A DNA stretch of 64,000 bases from an uncultured delta proteobacterium (GCA_963755715.1 CAVWLW010000068.1:1-64000); one strand, 5' to 3'. Counted from the stretch's first letter, positions 14,005 to 25,003 are shown. Notes: generated by a model not told the origin, from the letters alone. Translations and numbers: made by a program.

Positions 14005-15120
14005 TCATCGCTGCTCCAGACCTTTGACAATTTCCTTCGCCAGGTTGAGCACGGGCGTCATATCGGTAAACTCGTGGCGCGCTACGTCTAAATATTTTCT
14101 CCCTTCGACCAAGCGGTTTTCGGCGGGAAGCATATCCTTGGGAATGTCTATTCTACGAGAGTTTGGCGGTAGCTCGCCGTAAAGATCGTTGGACTTTTGC
14201 AAGGCAGTCTGTCCTTTGCGCGAGAGAAACCAGTTGATGAACACGCGCGCGGCGTTGGGATGGGGCGCGCCTTTGATCAGGCTGATCGAACCGCCGCCGG
14301 TGCTCAGCGGTTGCCCTTCTTTCCAATCCCCCGTGTCAAAATCCTCCACCGGCAATCCTTGACCGGAGGCCTTCTCGATTTGTCGGCAGCCGTGGCAGAT
14401 GGCGAATTTCCCCACCGCGAGCCAATCGGTGATCGTGCGCCGATCGCCGAACGTGACATCCATCGCGCTGAACGCGCGCTTGATAAACTCCGGTCCGAGC
14501 TCGGGCTGGTAGTAGTAGAACTGCAGGTTGACGCTGAGTCCGGTCTCGGTGGGCCGCTGCGAGGTGATTTTCCCTTTCCATTTTGGATTCGTCAGGTCCC
14601 AAAAGGATTTGAACTCTTTCGCGTTGACGAGCTTGGAATTGTAAGATAGGCCGCGGACGCCGGGCATCGCGACGTAGACGAAGATGAATTGGTCTTCGCT
14701 GTCCGTGAAGACATGCTTGCCGCCGTACCATTTGGACTCGTCGAGGACTTCGGGAAGGATGAACGCGGACTTGATCGAGTCGAGAATCTTGCCGCGGTAA
14801 AGCGAGCTATAACTCGAGTTGGGCCCGCCGCTATAAATGTCGGCAATGGTTTTTCCGGCGCGCGCCTCCGCGGCGATCCTGGTGGCGAGCTGATCGCCGG
14901 TGCCGTTGACCGAGACGATCTTGATCTCCGGATAGTCCTTTTTGAATTCGTCGAGCAGCGCCGCTTGTCCGTACCGGCCGACGTAAAGATTCAATCGCCC
15001 TTCTTTCTTGGCCGCCGCGACGGTTTGTTTCCAGTCGCTGCTCCAGTCGGCGTGCAAGTCCGCCGTCAGAAAAATGACTGAAAGGAGAAATAGCAGATTG
15101 ATGGCGACGCGGGTTTTCAT
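14005..15120 (-). CDS. ABC-type extracellular solute-binding protein, paralog of 4930-6072
   Basis: Signal peptide, FWDLTNPKWKGK, APHPNAARVFINWFLS. Confidence 0.9.
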   Translation of the reverse strand: MKTRVAINLLFLLSVIFLTADLHADWSSDWKQTVAAAKKEGRLNLYVGRYGQAALLDEFKKDYPEIKIVSVNGTGDQLATRIAAEARAGKTIADIYSGGPNSSYSSLYRGKILDSIKSAFILPEVLDESKWYGGKHVFTDSEDQFIFVYVAMPGVRGLSYNSKLVNAKEFKSFWDLTNPKWKGKITSQRPTETGLSVNLQFYYYQPELGPEFIKRAFSAMDVTFGDRRTITDWLAVGKFAICHGCRQIEKASGQGLPVEDFDTGDWKEGQPLSTGGGSISLIKGAPHPNAARVFINWFLSRKGQTALQKSNDLYGELPPNSRRIDIPKDMLPAENRLVEGRKYLDVARHEFTDMTPVLNLAKEIVKGLEQR

Positions 15121-15364
15121 AAGAGGGTCTCCTTGAAATCCATACGCCAAAGGACCGTGGTTGCATGGGTCCGGCCTTGGTTTCTTGATAATCATTACGG
15201 CGCGCTGCGCGCTCATGAACTTTCGATCGACGCACCCCGCACTCAATCCAGCCGGTGCGACTGCGCTGCTAGCAATGCAAATACTCCCTTGTACTTCTTT
15301 AGCATCAGGCATGAGTATTTGACTAACACGCATTCCTAACGTCGTTAGCTATGCTCCGGATCAT

Positions 15365-15499
15365 TCACCAACACGAAAGGCAGCAGGCGACTGCGGACTT
15401 TTTCGCAATGCTCCGCCACGCAGGAACAAAAAGCAAAATTCCCAAGGCGCCGATAAGCTGCGCAGATCCGACTATGCTTTTCGTTGCGAGATTGTCCAT
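15365..15499 (-). pseudogene. Internally deleted remnant resembling an isoprenylcysteine carboxyl methyltransferase-family membrane protein
   Basis: MDNLATKSIVGSAQLIGALGILLFVPAW joined to a frame reading EHCEKVRSRLLPFV; family assignment from recall of typical termini. Confidence 0.4.
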
Positions 15500-15700
15500 G
15501 GGTTTAGCCTAGCACTTTGAATAGCGACACAAACGCGGCGGTCAATTTTTCGATTTACTCGGGGTAATCGGCTGTGTTACGGGTGGTTTTTTTGACGGCG
15601 CATCGTCTCCGTCGAAGACAAACGAAAGAGAACGAATCGTCCGCCGATATCATAAATTGCTTTGCCTCGAACCGTGACCCTTCTGTCAGGGAGATTATTT

Positions 15701-16681
15701 ATGCGGCAATCCGCGTATGTCCTCGCGTTCGCACTGTTGGTTGGCATCCCTTTCGGCGTCCACGCCGCGGAAAAAGAAACCCAGGTAGTGGCCTACGTCT
15801 CGGGGCAGGCGGAGCGCTGGCAAAGATTGAATCAAGCGTTTCAAAGCAAACATCCGTCCATCGAAGTAAAGAGCATTCGCGGCAACTATGAGCGCACACG
15901 CAATCGCGTCGCGACCGAAGCCCTCGCCGGTTCTCATCTCGTCGATGTCATTCACATGGATCCATTCAATGGTTGGTTGCTGGTGCAGCGCGGCTTGTTT
16001 CAGCCTTATCTTTCGAAGGAAGCGGCGGCCTTCCCCGATCGTTTTCGCGATCCAGCGAATCTGCTGGTTTGCTGCCTGCAAGGGATTCCCAATATTATCT
16101 CGTACAACACCAACATGGTGTCGAAGGAAGCGGCGCCGAAAAATTACGACGACTTGCTCAATCCTCGGTGGAAAGATCAGTTGGGGATGGACGAGGACGA
16201 ATCCGAATGGTTTGCGGCTCTGATCGCGATCTGGGGTAAGGATAAGGCAACCAATTTCCTTCGAGGTTTGAATAAGCAAGCGCCGAGCTTACGGCGCGGC
16301 CATACCTTGCTGGCTCAGCTTAACGGAGCCGGTGAATTTGCCGTCGCGGTCAACGTTTTCGGTTACGAAGTATTGATTATGAAAGGCCAGGGAGCTCCGA
16401 TCGAACCGGTCTTGGCCTTTCCGGTGGTGGTCCGCCCTTCGTACCTGGCCATAGCTAAGCATGCGCCCCACCCCAATGCCGCCAAGCTCTACCTCGACTT
16501 TGCGATCTCCGCCGAAGGACAGCAATTGTGGGCCAACTTCGGCGCGCCCGTGCTGCGCTCCGGGATCAAACTTAGATTTCCCGAGCTGCTCAACAATCCG
16601 AATGTTCGTCCGGTCACGCTGGAAATGGCGAAGGACTACCCCCAGGTCAGCAAGCTCTTCTATTCGATCATCGGCAAATAA
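15701..16681 (+). CDS. ABC-type extracellular solute-binding protein (Fe3+/thiamine-like)
   Basis: Signal peptide, YDDLLNPRWK, APHPNAAKLYLDF. Confidence 0.88.
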   Translation: MRQSAYVLAFALLVGIPFGVHAAEKETQVVAYVSGQAERWQRLNQAFQSKHPSIEVKSIRGNYERTRNRVATEALAGSHLVDVIHMDPFNGWLLVQRGLFQPYLSKEAAAFPDRFRDPANLLVCCLQGIPNIISYNTNMVSKEAAPKNYDDLLNPRWKDQLGMDEDESEWFAALIAIWGKDKATNFLRGLNKQAPSLRRGHTLLAQLNGAGEFAVAVNVFGYEVLIMKGQGAPIEPVLAFPVVVRPSYLAIAKHAPHPNAAKLYLDFAISAEGQQLWANFGAPVLRSGIKLRFPELLNNPNVRPVTLEMAKDYPQVSKLFYSIIGK

Positions 16682-16724
16682 TGGATCGCAATTCTTGCCC
16701 GGTGCGGCGGAAAGATTCGGCTCA

Positions 16725-18882
16725 ATGAAACGAGAAACCGCGCACTGGAAAGCCGACCTCGATGCTCTATTCAAGCCGGCCTCGATTGCCGTCGTGGGCG
16801 CTTCGGATAGCGGCCGCGGCGCCAGAGTGATCGACAATCTTAGGCTCGTTGGCTATCCGGGAAAAATCTATCCGATCAATCCGAAGCATGCGTCGGTCCA
16901 TGGCCTGCGCTGTTACGCCGATGTCTTAGCGATCGATGACGCGATCGATTGTGTGACGATTCAGGTCCCGGCGACTGCGGTGCCCGGCGTCGTCAGCCAG
17001 TGCGCCGAAAAGAAAGTTAAAGCAGTCGTGATCAATAGCGCCGGTTTCGCGGAAACCCGCACGAGCGAAGGCCGTAGCTTGCAGAGCCAACTGACCCAGA
17101 CCGCCGAGCAGGCGAACATCGCCGTGTGCGGACCCAATTGTCAGGGCTTATTTTCGATCTCCAACCGTACCCCGCTTTATTTCGTCGATCTGAAATCGAT
17201 CGTGAAAGATCCGACGGCGGGTTCAGCGGCGGTTATTTCTCAAAGCGGCTCCATGCTAACCACACTGTTTCGCGCCGGGACCACTTATGGCCTGACTTTC
17301 AGTCATGTCATTTCGAGCGGCAACGAGGCCGTTTTGGATGTGTCCAATTATCTGGAGTATTTGCTGGATGAGCCGCAAACCAAGGTCGTGGGTCTCGTCC
17401 TGGAAGGAATTCGTGACGCGGATAACATCCGCAGGGTGGCGGCAAAGGCGCTCCGGTGCGGAAAGGTTATTGTGGTTCTCAAGATCGGCCGGTCCGAAAA
17501 GGGCAAGGAGAGTGTTCTCGCCCATACCAGCGCGCTCGCAGGATCCGATGACGTGCAGGATGCCTTCTTTAAACAATATGGTTGGATCCGCGTCGGCGAT
17601 CTGGATCAACTTCTGACGACCCTGGCGGCTTTTCTCTGCGGGCGTTTGCCGAAAGGGCGACGACTCGCGGTGGTCGGATTTTCCGGCGGCACGACCAGCC
17701 TGTCCGCCGATCTCTGCGAAGAGATGAAATTGGCGCTGCCCTCTTTGCCGGAACAGACTGCGGCTGCGCTTAGGGCGGAATTGCGCGGCTTTCTGTCGGC
17801 AAAAAACCCGCTCGATTTAGGCGGACCAAACCCCCGTTGGGTGGAAAGCGTGCAACGCTGCATCGGTCTTCTTGGCGAAAGCGGCCTGTTCGACATGGCC
17901 GTGCTGGTTTCGGCTCGAGGCGAAGAAAGCTATGTGCCGGTCTTGGCGGCGGCGGCAAAAGCCGCCTACGAGAAAGACCTCGCGTTTGCGCACGTGCTAT
18001 CGGTTTCCGGGCCTGTGGCAGAGGGCCTAAAAAATAAAGCGCGCGAAATAAACGTCCCATTGCTGCAGGACATCCGCAGGGGTTTTCAAAGTATTCGCCA
18101 CCTGGTCGAGTACGGCGAACTAAAGAACCGCTCCCGGTCAAGAGAAGCAGTGACCGAAAGAAGAAGCACGCCGCTCAAGGTCGTGGACAGGTTTAGAGGA
18201 AAAACGGTTTTGGGAGAAAGGGAGGCTAAAGAGCTGCTTTCGAGTTATGGCATTCCGGTAACCAAAGAAAGATTAGCCGTCGATCTACAAGATGCGCTAC
18301 GCACAGCGGCCGAGATCGGTTACCCGGTTGCGGTAAAGATCGATTCGCCGGATATCCTGCACAAGACGGAAGTGGGCGGAGATTTATCTGGGCGCGCGCG
18401 ACTCCCATGAACTCGCGGCGGCGTACAAACAAGTCACCGAAAGCGTTGCTTTGAAAGCTCCCGACGCAAAGGTCAACGGCATTTTGATTCAGGAGATGGT
18501 TAACGACGGCATCGAGCTGATCGTTGGCATGCATCGAGACCGGCAATTCGGGCCGGTGATTTTGGTCGGCCTTGGCGGTGTCTTGGCCGAGCTCTTGAAC
18601 GATGTGTCGCTGCGACTTTGTCCTGTGGATTCTGCCGATGTCGAAGACATGCTGTCGGAGCTCAAGGGCGCGCGCTTGCTCCGAGACTTTCGCGGCGGCG
18701 TGGCGCGAGACTTGAAAGCAGTAGGCGATGCGCTCGTAAGGTTGTCGGAGTTGGCGGGCGATTTCCTCGATGAAATTGAATCGATCGATATCAATCCCCT
18801 TGCCGTCTTCGCTGAAGGTCGGGGAGTCAAAGCAGTCGATGCTCTGGTTGTCCTGCGCCAGTCGACGGGAGAAGCGCGCTAG
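16725..18882 (+). CDS. ADP-forming acyl-CoA synthetase (acetate-CoA ligase family), frameshift near 18380-18410
   Basis: SIAVVGAS, GPNCQG, SQSGS, SSGNEA, HTSALAG, HKTEVGG and ATP-grasp C-terminus with DINPL. Confidence 0.9.
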
Positions 18883-18969
18883 CAATGTCCGGTTGGGCCG
18901 TGACACGGCCCAGTTAAATCTCGGTCATGCTTAATAACGGCGATTGAAGAAATTTTGTCGGGAGGTTCG

Positions 18970-20121
18970 ATGGATTTTGCATTACCCGAAGAGTTGCAGA
19001 TGGTTAAAGAAACCGTCAGGCGGTTTGTCGACAAGGAACTTATTCCAATCGAAATGCATAGCCAGGAAGACAACAAATTGAAGCCCGAGATTCGCGAAAG
19101 GCTGGAAAAAATAACCAAGCAGATGGGGCTTTGGTTGATCGATGTCCCCGAGGAGTATGGCGGCGCGGAGCTGGGGCTGCTCTCGCGCGTTGTTATCTGG
19201 GAAGAAATGGGCAGGACGATAGCTCTGCCGTCGCGGGAACGCGGCTTGTTCGGTCCCGAGATCAAGCCAATTCTGTATAACCTCAACGAGGAGCAAAAGC
19301 AGCGCTATTTTTATCCGGTCTTGCGCGGCGAGAAAACTTGCGGACTGGCGCAAACCGAGCCCGATGCGGGTTCGGATCCAGGGTCGATGAAGACCCGCGC
19401 GGTCAGGCAAGGAGACCACTACGTTATTAACGGCGTTAAGCGCTTTATCACTCATGCCGATGCGGATTTTCTCCAGGTCTTGGCGGTGACCGACCCAAGC
19501 AAAGGCGCCCACGGCGGGATTTCCTGCTTTCTGGTCGATCAGGGCACACCCGGATTTCAAATTACCGGCAGGTTCGAAACCATGATGGGCGAACGGCCTT
19601 ATCAAATCGTCTTTGACGATTGTAAAGTTCCGGTGGCGAACTTGGTGGGGAAAGAGGGCGAAGGATTTAAGCTGGGGCAAAAACATCTCGGCGTGGGGCG
19701 GTTGAGACATGGCGCAAGGGGTATTGGTGTGGCGGAACGCTGCCTCGAGATGGGTGTCAGTTATGCAAAACAAAGAGTGACCTTTGGCAAACCGTTGGCC
19801 GAGCGGCAAGCGATTCAATGGAAGCTGGCAGACTCTTTCGTCGAGCTTCATGCCTCTCGATTGATGGTGTATCAGGCGGCTTGGAAGGCTGACCAAGGCG
19901 AGGATATTCGAAATGAAGCTTACATGGTCAAACTGTTCGTCGACGAGATGTCGTTTCGCGTCGTCGATCGGGTGTTGCAGATCCACGGCGGCATCGGCCT
20001 GACTCTGGATCTCCCTCTGGCAAAATGGTTCGTCGATCAGCGCAGCCGATTGATTACCGAAGGCGCTTCCGAAGTCATGCGCATGGTCATAGCCCGCCAC
20101 GTTCTAAAAAAATACGGTTGA
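18970..20121 (+). CDS. Acyl-CoA dehydrogenase
   Basis: TEPDAGSD, NGVKRFIT, QIHGGIG, EGASEV. Confidence 0.95.
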   Translation: MDFALPEELQMVKETVRRFVDKELIPIEMHSQEDNKLKPEIRERLEKITKQMGLWLIDVPEEYGGAELGLLSRVVIWEEMGRTIALPSRERGLFGPEIKPILYNLNEEQKQRYFYPVLRGEKTCGLAQTEPDAGSDPGSMKTRAVRQGDHYVINGVKRFITHADADFLQVLAVTDPSKGAHGGISCFLVDQGTPGFQITGRFETMMGERPYQIVFDDCKVPVANLVGKEGEGFKLGQKHLGVGRLRHGARGIGVAERCLEMGVSYAKQRVTFGKPLAERQAIQWKLADSFVELHASRLMVYQAAWKADQGEDIRNEAYMVKLFVDEMSFRVVDRVLQIHGGIGLTLDLPLAKWFVDQRSRLITEGASEVMRMVIARHVLKKYG

Positions 20122-20148
20122 GCAGGGCGGCAAGCTATTTCCAACCCG

Positions 20149-20257
20149 ATCCCTGCGCCAATTTTTTACCCTGTCTTTTTTATAAGCCGGGAGCGCTGGT
20201 TAAAACTCAAAACATGGCGCCGAAGAAAATTTCCGTACCCTGAGCACCGCGCCGCGG
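20149..20257 (+). repeat. Copy 1 of the FAD-oxidoreductase promoter plus first ~9-14 codons
   Basis: gtctttttataagc..gcgctggttaaaactcaaaacATGGCGCCGAAGAAAATTTCCGT matches about 26020-26110. Confidence 0.85.
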
Positions 20258-20335
20258 AGAACTTGCGCGGTTTAGGTGACAGAGATAAAAATGGCGGAGA
20301 ATCACCGAGTCAGCTCGAAACCGGAGGCGAGGTCC

Positions 20336-21400
20336 ATGACGATTCCCGAGACCATGAACGCGGTGGTACTCCATGGCGCCGACGATATGCAAGTGGAGCG
20401 GCGGCCGGTGCCACAACCCGGGCCCGGCGAGGTCGTCCTGAAGGTGGAGGTTGCTTCCATCTGCGGCACCGACGTCAAGGTTCTACACCGCACGCTCCAG
20501 GGACAGCCCGCCGGGGAATTTATCATGGGCCATGAATATGCCGGCACCGTCGCGGCGCTGGGACCGGGCGTCGATGAGTTCCAGATCGGCGACCGCGTCG
20601 CCGTCGAGGTACACAAGGGGTGCGAGCGCTGCGAGAACTGCATCAAAGGTTGGTACACCTCGTGCCTGAATTACGGCAATCTCGAAAAAGGGCATCGCGC
20701 GAAAGGTCTTACCTGCGACGGCGGCTTCGCCGAATACACCGTCAATCACATCAACACGCTCTACCGCCTGCCCGATAACCTCACATTCGAGCAGGCCTGC
20801 ATGGTGACCACCGCCGCCTCACCGCTCTGGGCCATCGATCTCATGGGCGGCTACGTCGCCGGCGAAACGGTGCTCGTCCTCGGGCCCGGACCCATCGGCC
20901 TCATCGCGGTCCAGCTCTGCAAGGCCCTCGGCGCGGAGCGCGTCATCTTGACCGGCACTCGCGATTCGCGCCTGGCGATCGGCAAGCGCTTGGGCGCCGA
21001 CTTTACGATCAACGTGCGCCAAGAAAACCTCGCCGATCGCGTCCGCGAGATCACGTCCGGGAAAGGCGCAGATTCCGTGCTCGAGTGCGCCGGCGGCGCG
21101 ACCTCGATGCAGGACGCGCTCGAGAACGTCAAGCGCGGCGGTCGCATCGGTGTGGTGGCGTGGTACACGGGGCCCGTGCAGATGGACATGAATCTCGCGG
21201 TGCGCAGCAATGTGCGGATCTACGCGGCGCGGGGCGAGGGCGGCATGAACTCCGGCCGCTCGCTGGCGCTCATGAGCGCGGGGAAGATTCTGGCCGATCC
21301 CATCATCACCCATCACTTCAAGCTCGATCAGATCCACGAGGCGTTTCGGACCTATGTCGAGCGGATCGATAACGCACTGAAGGTCGCCATCCACATTTAA
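20336..21400 (+). CDS. Zn-dependent alcohol dehydrogenase (MDR; threonine/sorbitol dehydrogenase-like)
   Basis: ICGTD, GHE, CERCENC..C, GPGPIG. Confidence 0.93.
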   Translation: MTIPETMNAVVLHGADDMQVERRPVPQPGPGEVVLKVEVASICGTDVKVLHRTLQGQPAGEFIMGHEYAGTVAALGPGVDEFQIGDRVAVEVHKGCERCENCIKGWYTSCLNYGNLEKGHRAKGLTCDGGFAEYTVNHINTLYRLPDNLTFEQACMVTTAASPLWAIDLMGGYVAGETVLVLGPGPIGLIAVQLCKALGAERVILTGTRDSRLAIGKRLGADFTINVRQENLADRVREITSGKGADSVLECAGGATSMQDALENVKRGGRIGVVAWYTGPVQMDMNLAVRSNVRIYAARGEGGMNSGRSLALMSAGKILADPIITHHFKLDQIHEAFRTYVERIDNALKVAIHI

Positions 21401-21415
21401 GCCGGGAGACACAAT

Positions 21416-22434
21416 ATGCGAACGCGTTGGGTAGCCGTGGCGTTGGTCATCCTTGCCGTTATGGCGGTGGCGGATACCGCCCGGGCGCAGGCTCCGCGGC
21501 GGACGCTGACGATTGGCATGCCGGTCACGCCGCCGAATCTGCCGCACCTCGGCGTCTACGTCGCAAAGGAGCTCGGCTACTTCGAAGAAGAGGGAATCAA
21601 CCTTGACTTGGCCTCATTTGAATCCGGCCTGCAGTCGCTGCGCGGTGGCGTGGCAGGCAGCGTGGATCTCCTGGGAGCCAGCGCCGAGCCGGTAATCAGT
21701 GCCATCAGCCGGGGCGCGAAAATCCGCAGCGTCTTCAGCTATGCTCACAAGCTCACGGTGGTCATGGTGGCTCAGAAGAGCATCCAGAAGTCCGCTGAGC
21801 TGCGCGGCAAAAATCTCGGCATCCAGGAGGTTGGCGCCTTCCGCGAAGTGATGACGCGGGCGGTCCTGCAAACTGCCGGCCTCACCGCGCAGGATGTGAA
21901 TTACATCCCGGTTTCAAGCGCCGGCTATATTACCGCTCTCCTCGGCAACAAGATCGACACGGCGATCCTGCACATCGACCAAGCGTACATGGCGCGGACC
22001 AAGGAGGCTTCCCTCCACGTCCTGGTTCCCCTTTGGGAGATTATGCCGAGCTACTGGTATGGAACGTTTAGCACCACGGAGGATTTCCTGCGCAAGGAGC
22101 CGGATCTCTTGGCCCGCGCGGTCGGCGCCATCATCAAGGCCCACCGTTTCATGTACCGCAATAAGGACCGCACGCTCGAGCTGGCGAGCAAGCACACGGG
22201 CTATCCGAAGGAAGTTCTGAGCCCGGCCTATGATGCGCTGGCGGCCGCGAAGGTCTGGCCGGTCAATGATGGAATGCCGGCGGAGATGGTGAACACGACC
22301 ATCAACAAGATGGTGGAAATCGGCATGCTGAAGGAAACCGAAAAACCGAAGGCCGAGCAGGTGGTGGATCGGGGGCCGGCGAACGCCGCTGTGGCCAAGC
22401 TGGGACGGTGGACAGACGATCCTGCTGGAAATAG
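21416..22434 (+). CDS. NMT1/SsuA-type solute-binding protein; true stop probably TAG at 22432-22434 after a 1-bp indel
   Basis: Signal peptide, VAKELGYFEEEG, LRGKNLG; the ORF-track tail runs into duplicated DNA. Confidence 0.85.
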
Positions 22435-22469
22435 TCCCGCATCCACAAACAAGCCTCCCGCAAACATGC

Positions 22470-22580
22470 CGCCACGCGCTACGAGCACGAATACGCCAAT
22501 CACCAACTTACCGTTTTGTCGTCGGAAGCGAACAAGTTGTTTCAATTCACCAACCTGTCGATGATCAGCTTTCGCTAACA
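22470..22580 (+). repeat. Diverged copy of the last ~37 codons of the isochorismatase-fold gene at 28594-29214
   Basis: cgctacga.ca.gaatacgcca.tcaccaa..gcgaacaagttgtttcaattcaccaa.ctgtcgatgatcagctttcgc, also at about 29100-29205. Confidence 0.9.
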
Positions 22581-22597
22581 ACGGAACTTCGAAGTGA

Positions 22598-23004
22598 TTA
22601 TTTTGTTAACCAACGGATTTTGATGAGCGATTCGACGGATTCAAATTCCGGATCGTTGGTTAGAACCACTGCGTCGAGCCGCTGGGCGGTGGCGACGCAG
22701 AAGGCATCGGCGTAGGAGAGCGCGTGTTCACTCTTTATCTCGGCTGCGGCCCGGACCGCAGTTGGTCGATCGGATAAAGTTCGATTGGAAGTTGTTCGAG
22801 CAGGTGGAGCGCGTCTGTTGTCTTGCCAGCGCCGACACGTCGTTTGACGATATAGAAAAACTCGCCCCAATTGATCCAATTTAGAACTGCGCGCGTCTGT
22901 GCCTTATCTTGATCGTAGAGAGCCTTTTGAACCACCCGCCAGCCGGGCTCCCGGTGGTAAAGACTCAGGAGAGCAAAGCTATCGAGGACGAGCTTTTCGC
23001 TCAC
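22598..23004 (-). CDS. vapC: VapC PIN-domain toxin, frameshift near 22760
   Basis: VLDSFA..NWGEF..LSYADAF..LTNDPEF. Confidence 0.88.
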
Positions 23005-23230
23005 GTCGAGCCTCGTTGCGATGCTCCCGGCGGAGATCTTGAGTCAAGGAGAACTTGCCCTTTAAGAATCCCGTGGCGGCTTCGATCGGATCGGCAGGGA
23101 CCGGTGTGAGAATGAGTCGTCCGTCATCCTCGGCCATGTGAACTTTGCCACCTGGCTTGAGGCCTAGCTTCCGTCTTAGATTCTTGGGTACCAAAATCTG
23201 TCCCTTTGGCGTAAGTTGGGTTACTGACAT
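22979..23230 (-). CDS. AbrB/MazE/SpoVT-family antitoxin
   Basis: TPKGQILVPKNLRRKLGLKPG; overlaps the vapC start. Confidence 0.9.
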   Translation of the reverse strand: MSVTQLTPKGQILVPKNLRRKLGLKPGGKVHMAEDDGRLILTPVPADPIEAATGFLKGKFSLTQDLRREHRNEARRERKARPR

Positions 23231-23376
23231 ATAAAATGTCTCCCTTTTCTAAAAAAGTGTAACATCGGCTTGCAAGGTGCGCAAACACGATAAACTTTAG
23301 TTTTGTCGCTGCCCAGATCCTCGTCTCGGTTCACACATTCGACGGATTGCCTATACATTCACGCGGCGCGCTCCTA

Positions 23377-23690
23377 TCCCAGCCAATTCTCTTATCCCGT
23401 CTTTTCTGATAAGCCCGCGCTCGTTAAACTTAAACCATGGCGCCTGAGAAAATTTCCGTGCGCTGCTGCATCGCCGCCGGCGGTCCGGCCGGCATTATGT
23501 TGCGGTATCTGTATTTACTGGCGCGCGGCGGTGTCAAAGTCTTGGTGCTGGAAAAGCACGGCGATTTCCCGCGCGATTTTCGCGGCGATACCATTCCATC
23601 CTTCGACTCTAGGAAGTGATGCACGAGCTCGGCTTGCTCGACGAGTTGCTCAAACTGGCGCATCAGAAGGTCTACGAGCTTGCAAGGTCG
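23377..23690 (+). pseudogene. Copy 2: promoter plus ~250 bp degenerate 5' end of the FAD-oxidoreductase gene
   Basis: MAPEKISVRCCIAAGGPAG..VLEKHGDFPRDFRGDTI..MHELGLLDELLKLAHQKVYEL with indels. Confidence 0.92.
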
Positions 23691-23916
23691 TTAGTTAGAG
23701 CTTTAAAGCTTTTAGGGGTCAGATCTGGGGTTGACTAATTGACGACCGTTTCGGATCCGCAACCGCTGATGGCCAACGACGTTTCGATGAAAATCCGATT
23801 TCGTCGATAGAACCGCCGCTGCTTTTTGCTCCGAGCATTCCCTTGACACCTTCGCTACGCCCGCCCTATGATCCGCGGGTGTTTTCCGTCTAAACCCAGG
23901 CAGTCCGGAGGGTGCG

Positions 23917-24945
23917 ATGAAACGCTTCGCGTGCGCGCTGTTGTTTCTGCTGGCGTCGGTAACGAACCTGCAAGCTCAGGCGCCCTTCTATCAAGGAAAA
24001 ACCATCCGGATCATCGTCGGCAATCTTGCCGGCGACGCCTACGATCTTTGGGCGAGAATCTTCGCCCAGCACATGGGCAAGTACATACCGGGAAATCCCA
24101 CCTTCATCGTGCAGAACATGACCGGAGCGGGAGGAGTCGTCGCGGCCAACTACGTTTATACCGTGGCGAAGCCGGACGGTCTGACCCTCGGCACATTCGG
24201 GCCGTCGATGTACTTCGACCAACTGGCCAGGCGCCCGGAAGTCCAGTTCGACTGGGCGAAATTCACCTGGATCGGCAACCCGGAGCAAACCGAATTTATC
24301 CTGATCATGAGGACGGACAATCCGTACCAATCGATCGAGGACGTGCGCAAGGCCGCGCAGCCGCCCAAGTGCGGCGCCACGGGCACGAGCACTTCCGGTT
24401 ATTACATGCCGAAATTTTTGGACGACGGGCTGGGGATTAAATTCAACATCGTGACCGGCTATCCCGGCGGCGGCGAGATCGACCTCGGCATCGAGCGCGG
24501 CGAGCTGCACTGCCGCAATTTGACGATCAGCACCTACTTCGCCCGCGAGCCGTTTCTGACCTGGCACAAGAAAGGGTTTGTCCGGCCGATCCTGCAAACG
24601 GGGAAAAAAAGAGATCCTCTAGTCGCCGACGTTCCGTCCATCTATGAATTGATGGACCAATACAAAACGCCGGAGGCGACCCGGCGGGTGGCCACGGTGC
24701 TGCTCGCCCCCGCGGTCTTCGGCCGGCCGATGGTGGCGACGCCGGGCGTGCCGCCCGATCGAGTGAAAATCTTGCGCGACGCCTACCAACGGTCGCTCAA
24801 AGATCCCGCGCTGCTGGAAGAGTTGAAGAAGCGGCGCTGGTCGGTGGATGCGATCAGCGGCGAGGAGTTGGCGAAGCTGGCGAAAGAAGTGGTCTCGCAG
24901 CCGCCGGATGTCGTCGATCGGATGATGAAACTGTTGGGCAATTAA
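23917..24945 (+). CDS. Bug/TctC-like substrate-binding protein
   Basis: APFYQGKTIRIIVG, IPGNPTFIVQNM.GAGG, KPDGLT, TGYPGG. Confidence 0.9.
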   Translation: MKRFACALLFLLASVTNLQAQAPFYQGKTIRIIVGNLAGDAYDLWARIFAQHMGKYIPGNPTFIVQNMTGAGGVVAANYVYTVAKPDGLTLGTFGPSMYFDQLARRPEVQFDWAKFTWIGNPEQTEFILIMRTDNPYQSIEDVRKAAQPPKCGATGTSTSGYYMPKFLDDGLGIKFNIVTGYPGGGEIDLGIERGELHCRNLTISTYFAREPFLTWHKKGFVRPILQTGKKRDPLVADVPSIYELMDQYKTPEATRRVATVLLAPAVFGRPMVATPGVPPDRVKILRDAYQRSLKDPALLEELKKRRWSVDAISGEELAKLAKEVVSQPPDVVDRMMKLLGN

Positions 24946-24954
24946 CGCAGAGGG

Positions 24955-25003
24955 GTTCAAATCGTTCAAAACGTTCAACCGCTTCGCTCCGTTCAAGACG
25001 TTT
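24955..25003 (+). repeat. GTTCAA ~9-nt-period intergenic repeat
   Basis: gttcaaatc gttcaaaac gttcaaccgcttcgctcc gttcaagac gttt. Confidence 0.8.

Noticed and set aside
22435-22564. C-terminal extension of the SBP at 21416
   Set aside because: Read-through caused by an indel into duplicated isochorismatase DNA.
24955-25003. GTTCAA repeats as a CRISPR array
   Set aside because: The period is about 9 nt, there are no unique 25-45 nt spacers, and no cas genes are present.
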